A stretch of 60,999 nucleotides of DNA, filler included, from Globobulimina sp. (Eukaryota), in assembly GCA_003354225.1 (NCBI GenBank). It is 17 parts of 17 records of this genome, joined end to end, with 100 filler letters (N's around TTAATTAATTAA, not from the genome) between each part and the next. Parts side by side here need not be neighbours in the genome. Positions count along the whole stretch, not along the records: positions 57,510 to 60,999 come from PIVH01002678.1; 16 more parts are not named here. The stretch is one strand, 5' to 3'. Under the pieces are notes generated by a model. That model did not search any database. It was not told the DNA's origin and saw only the letters and a program-made list of their open reading frames with translations. The translations under genes were made by a program, and so were the position numbers. Every line of letters begins with the position of its first letter. The first letter of the stretch is position 1. This document shows, one piece after another, positions 57,510 to 60,999 of this stretch.

Positions 57510-60500
57510 TTGACGTATTTATTCATAAACGTTTTTTGCAGATTTCCTGTTGGAATTGCTTCAATTTGACGCTTTCTACAAAATATACCATAATTCTGTC
57601 TGCATTGGAAATATGTTTGCCCTTTGATTGTACCATTATGATTTCCTAATTTATCACACAATTCAACACCAAATACATTCTCAGAACCAGATAAGAAATG
57701 TAATGGACCAATATATCGAATATATCCTTCACATTTTTTATGGATATTTACAAAGTCATTCAGTTTAAATTCAACTTTACTGTGCTGTTTCGGTATAAAT
57801 TTGCATTTTATATTCTTAAAACGAGTAAATATGCCATGCAATGCGTCACATTGAAAATATATCTCGTCATCTTTTGTGCCATTATTTAAGCCCAAGGCAT
57901 CATGTAATTCAATACCATAAATTACTTCATTTGCACTAAAAGCGGTTCTTCCGATAAATCGAATAAATCCCATACCTTTATTTTTCACCATTATTCGATC
58001 ATTGATCTGTAGCTGTTCTGTTGCAGTAATATCAATAACGTCAAATTCCGATGGATGGTCATCATTTTCTTTATGTTTAATATTGTTGGAAGAGGCAGCT
58101 GTGGATTGGATTAATTTTAATGATGATCTTCTTGTAAATATGCCATGTTTTGGTTGACATTTAAAATATTGTTTGCCTTTAATCATACCGTTATGAGTAC
58201 CATTTGCTTCATTCAATGCAACGCCATACATCAAACCATCTGTAAACGCGACATTGCCAATGAATCTTACAATGCCTTCACCTTTATTTATTACCATCAC
58301 TCGATGAGAAATATTGATTTCTGTATTTCCATCTGTTTTGTTTATTGTTTTTAGTCTATGAATGGCTGCAAATATTCCATATCCATCCTTACATTCAAAA
58401 TATTGCTGATTATCTTTTGTTCCATTATTTGTGCCAATTGGTTTAATTAATTCTATGCCAAATATTGGTGTTTGTTTAGTAAATTCGACATCGCCAACAA
58501 ACCTTATAATTCCCTCGCATTTACCAATCACTTTTACGTTGTCATTAATCTTAAACTCTTTTGATTTTCTATTCTCGCTCATTTCAAAATCATTGCATAT
58601 GGTCGGTGGATGTGTTATAAATATGTGATCGAAATCATATTCATTTTGTTGAGTATCTAATGAAGAAAATGAGAATAAATCGCCAATTTCAAATGTAATT
58701 TCACCAAAAACACGCTCCAATTGGCTCGAAATGCGATGGATTGTAATCCTATCAAATATGGAAATATTTTCTTTTTGTATATTAATTTGAAATGGTTCAT
58801 TCATATTTATTTTCTCACTCAATTTATGATTATTTAAATAGACACAAACCTTATCAATAAATGGGTTGTTTTCTTGACATTTTATATTTAGGTCTATATT
58901 GCCGTCAGTTTTTAATGATATAAATGGTCTGCAAACTGACGTTATTCTCGCATTAAATGTATCAATTTTGCCACCACGAATTGATAATAATAGCGAAGGG
59001 TACGGAGAGCCGGATTTTAAAACATTAAAACATTGGTCTTCCTTCAATATGACCCATTGAGGAGGCACTGTCCATTCACTCTCAATCAGGTCTTTTAATG
59101 TAATTTTGATATAAGCAAAGGGGATACTTTTTATTTCAAATTGGTTGCTCACTGTTGTTAAATCTATCTCTTTCTTTTCCTCCTTTTTCCCTCCGGCAAA
59201 CCATGCATTATCGTCAATAATTTTTAATAAATAAATAAAAATAAATGGGTAATTATCGATATTATTGTGCTTTTGCAATAAAATTAAATTTGGATTTCCA
59301 TTCTTATTTAAACATTCATTCCAATAAATATTGCATTTTTCAGTGTTACTTGTTGATGCAACTCTAGTTTGCCAGTATCTTTATTTGTAATTTTCGCAAC
59401 AAAAATGTACATATATTTACATATTGACTCAACTGAACTGCGATCCACATTGAATTTTGACGCAATATTTGCCAGGAATTACATTTGTTGCTTCATAAAC
59501 GTCCGCTTGTAGCATATATTCATGTTTTTCTTCAATTTCTGTATTTAATTCACTTTCATCAATGGCACTCATTTTTGTTTGTGCTTCTTTGCCCACATCA
59601 ACTAATTATAAATATTTGTTTATTGTATTAATTTAATAAATTATATTAAGTGTTTATTTAACTGTCATTGATTTGACATGAAATTGAAATTTGTCCGCGA
59701 TAACATGTCGCCTCAATAACATTTGTATTCATTTTATTTGCAATTTGTTTATTTTGTATTGGATGATATTTATTAAAATCAAAGTGTGATCCATACAAAT
59801 TATGCCATTTAATATTTGCAAAATCATTTATTTTATTATAATCTGTTACCAATCTGCATATTAATTTTTTTTGTCCGGAAATATTTTGAAATATAGAAAT
59901 TGTAATATTTTTTTGAAAATTTGGTAGTCTTAAAGGTAATAAGGTTTTCAAATTCCAATTAATGATTTCTTGATTATTTATATTTTGCATCTGTTTGGAT
60001 AACAATTTTTTATCTGAAAACTGTATCATTATCAAATATTTTTGTGTTTTTGATTTGTTCTGCGATATGTTTGACAAATATTTGCTTTGATGTACATTTA
60101 TAATCAATTGTTTATATTTGTATTCAATAAATGGTGGCAAAATAATATTATTCATATCATCTTCATTGTCGTTGCTTTGTTGAGATTTTGGATGAATATA
60201 TTTCTCATCATTTGGGGATAAAACAGAAATGGAACATTTTAGATATCCTTTAATTCCCTCAGATATTTGATTTGGATCAAACAAACCTGTCCATTGCTTA
60301 TAAATTTCATGATTTGTATTGGAATGAATGTACAATAAATCATATTCATAACAACCTATTACCTCATTACGAATGTAATTATTTGTGTCATGTAGCGATA
60401 TTTTGATTTTTTCTCGTGATAATTGATCGGATGTTAAATTCACTTTAAATATTAATATTTGATCAAAATATGGATTGAATGTTCTTTGTTTTTATGTGTG

Positions 60501-60915
60501 TGTTATGTAAATAAATGAAAAATACATTTTGTAGAAAATATGAAATTAACTTTTTCTGTTTATTTGTAGATAATTTGTGAGATAATATGTTGGCAGAACA
60601 AATGGGATCGCAGAAATTATCATTGTTGCTTGGTTTTAAGTCACGACATTCGATGATGTGTACGTAAATAGTAAATAATTCACCGGTTTGTCTGCTTGTT
60701 GGGATTAAATTTGGTAAAGCTCCAAATACATTTTTTAATTGTGATGGATTTAATTTCGATAATGATGCAACAAGAGAGTTTTGGTTGCCTTTTGAGTCTG
60801 TCATGTACTCGGTAAGCTCAATAGAAACAGAAAACGTTTTAGATGGTGTGTGCATTTTGGCCGACACTGCTAAACTTACACCAAAACATAACGAATTCAA
60901 GCGCACACACTCCAT
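57510..60915 (-). CDS. Ferlin-type C2/FerI protein fused to four tandem CAP-Gly domains; introns 60550-60484, 59662-59602, 59438-59379; 3'-truncated, 5' end uncertain
   Basis: Ferlin motifs FTIYVHIIECRDL..DP, TFNPYFDQ, IGCYEYDLLYIH...HEIYKQWTGL.DP...GIKGYLKCSISVL, NIILPP, WHNLYGS...MN...YRGQISIS. CAP-Gly x4: GIIRFVG...GIEL...GTNNG...YFEC...GIF. All three introns restore the frame. Confidence 0.88.
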
Positions 60916-60999
60916 AAATAAACATTATCAATTTTTGCTGTCAACATGCAATTTGGTTATGACGGAGTTTGAATTAATAATTATTGACACTGCATAAAA

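Noticed and set aside
1-60999. Operon or multi-gene system spanning adjacent contigs; CRISPR, rRNA or tRNA genes
   Set aside because: Contigs are ordered by length only. No repeat-spacer array, rRNA or cloverleaf was found by eye.

Overview
This window is not one locus. It is 17 unrelated short contigs (3497 down to 3490 bp, in descending length order) joined by artificial 100-nt linkers (44 N + TTAATTAATTAA + 44 N), so nothing across a linker is real synteny. The DNA is eukaryotic nuclear sequence: AT-rich, gene-dense, standard genetic code, with short GT-AG introns. I resolved 18 introns by hand, and 16 of them are 56-79 nt. Gene content and style suggest a protist, plausibly a foraminiferan/rhizarian (inference only). 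Recognisable genes are a TMC channel, a PI3K-family kinase with N-terminal TM helices, an importin-beta-like HEAT protein, a YdcZ-type DMT transporter, a PABP-like 4xRRM+SAM protein, LRR proteins, an EF-hand protein, a 7TM protein, CEP164, a UFD1 fragment, FKBP-TPR, a CDIN1-like nuclease, NDUFA5, PNPO, a serpin, a FYVE/Kelch-like pseudogene, a TAF2-like C-terminus, an SP-RING ligase, a GAF protein and a DUF6882-like protein. There are two retroelements: a LINE 3' end with RNase H, and a decayed Ty3/gypsy integrase with PPT and a 119-bp LTR. The most striking item is a spliced gene fusing ferlin-type C2/FerI domains to four tandem CAP-Gly microtubule-binding domains. Other highlights are a PABP whose MLLE domain is replaced by SAM, and a 28-nt+poly(A) tail shared between the LINE and an otherwise different sequence on another contig. 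All family assignments come from motif recognition by eye; no database searches were run.
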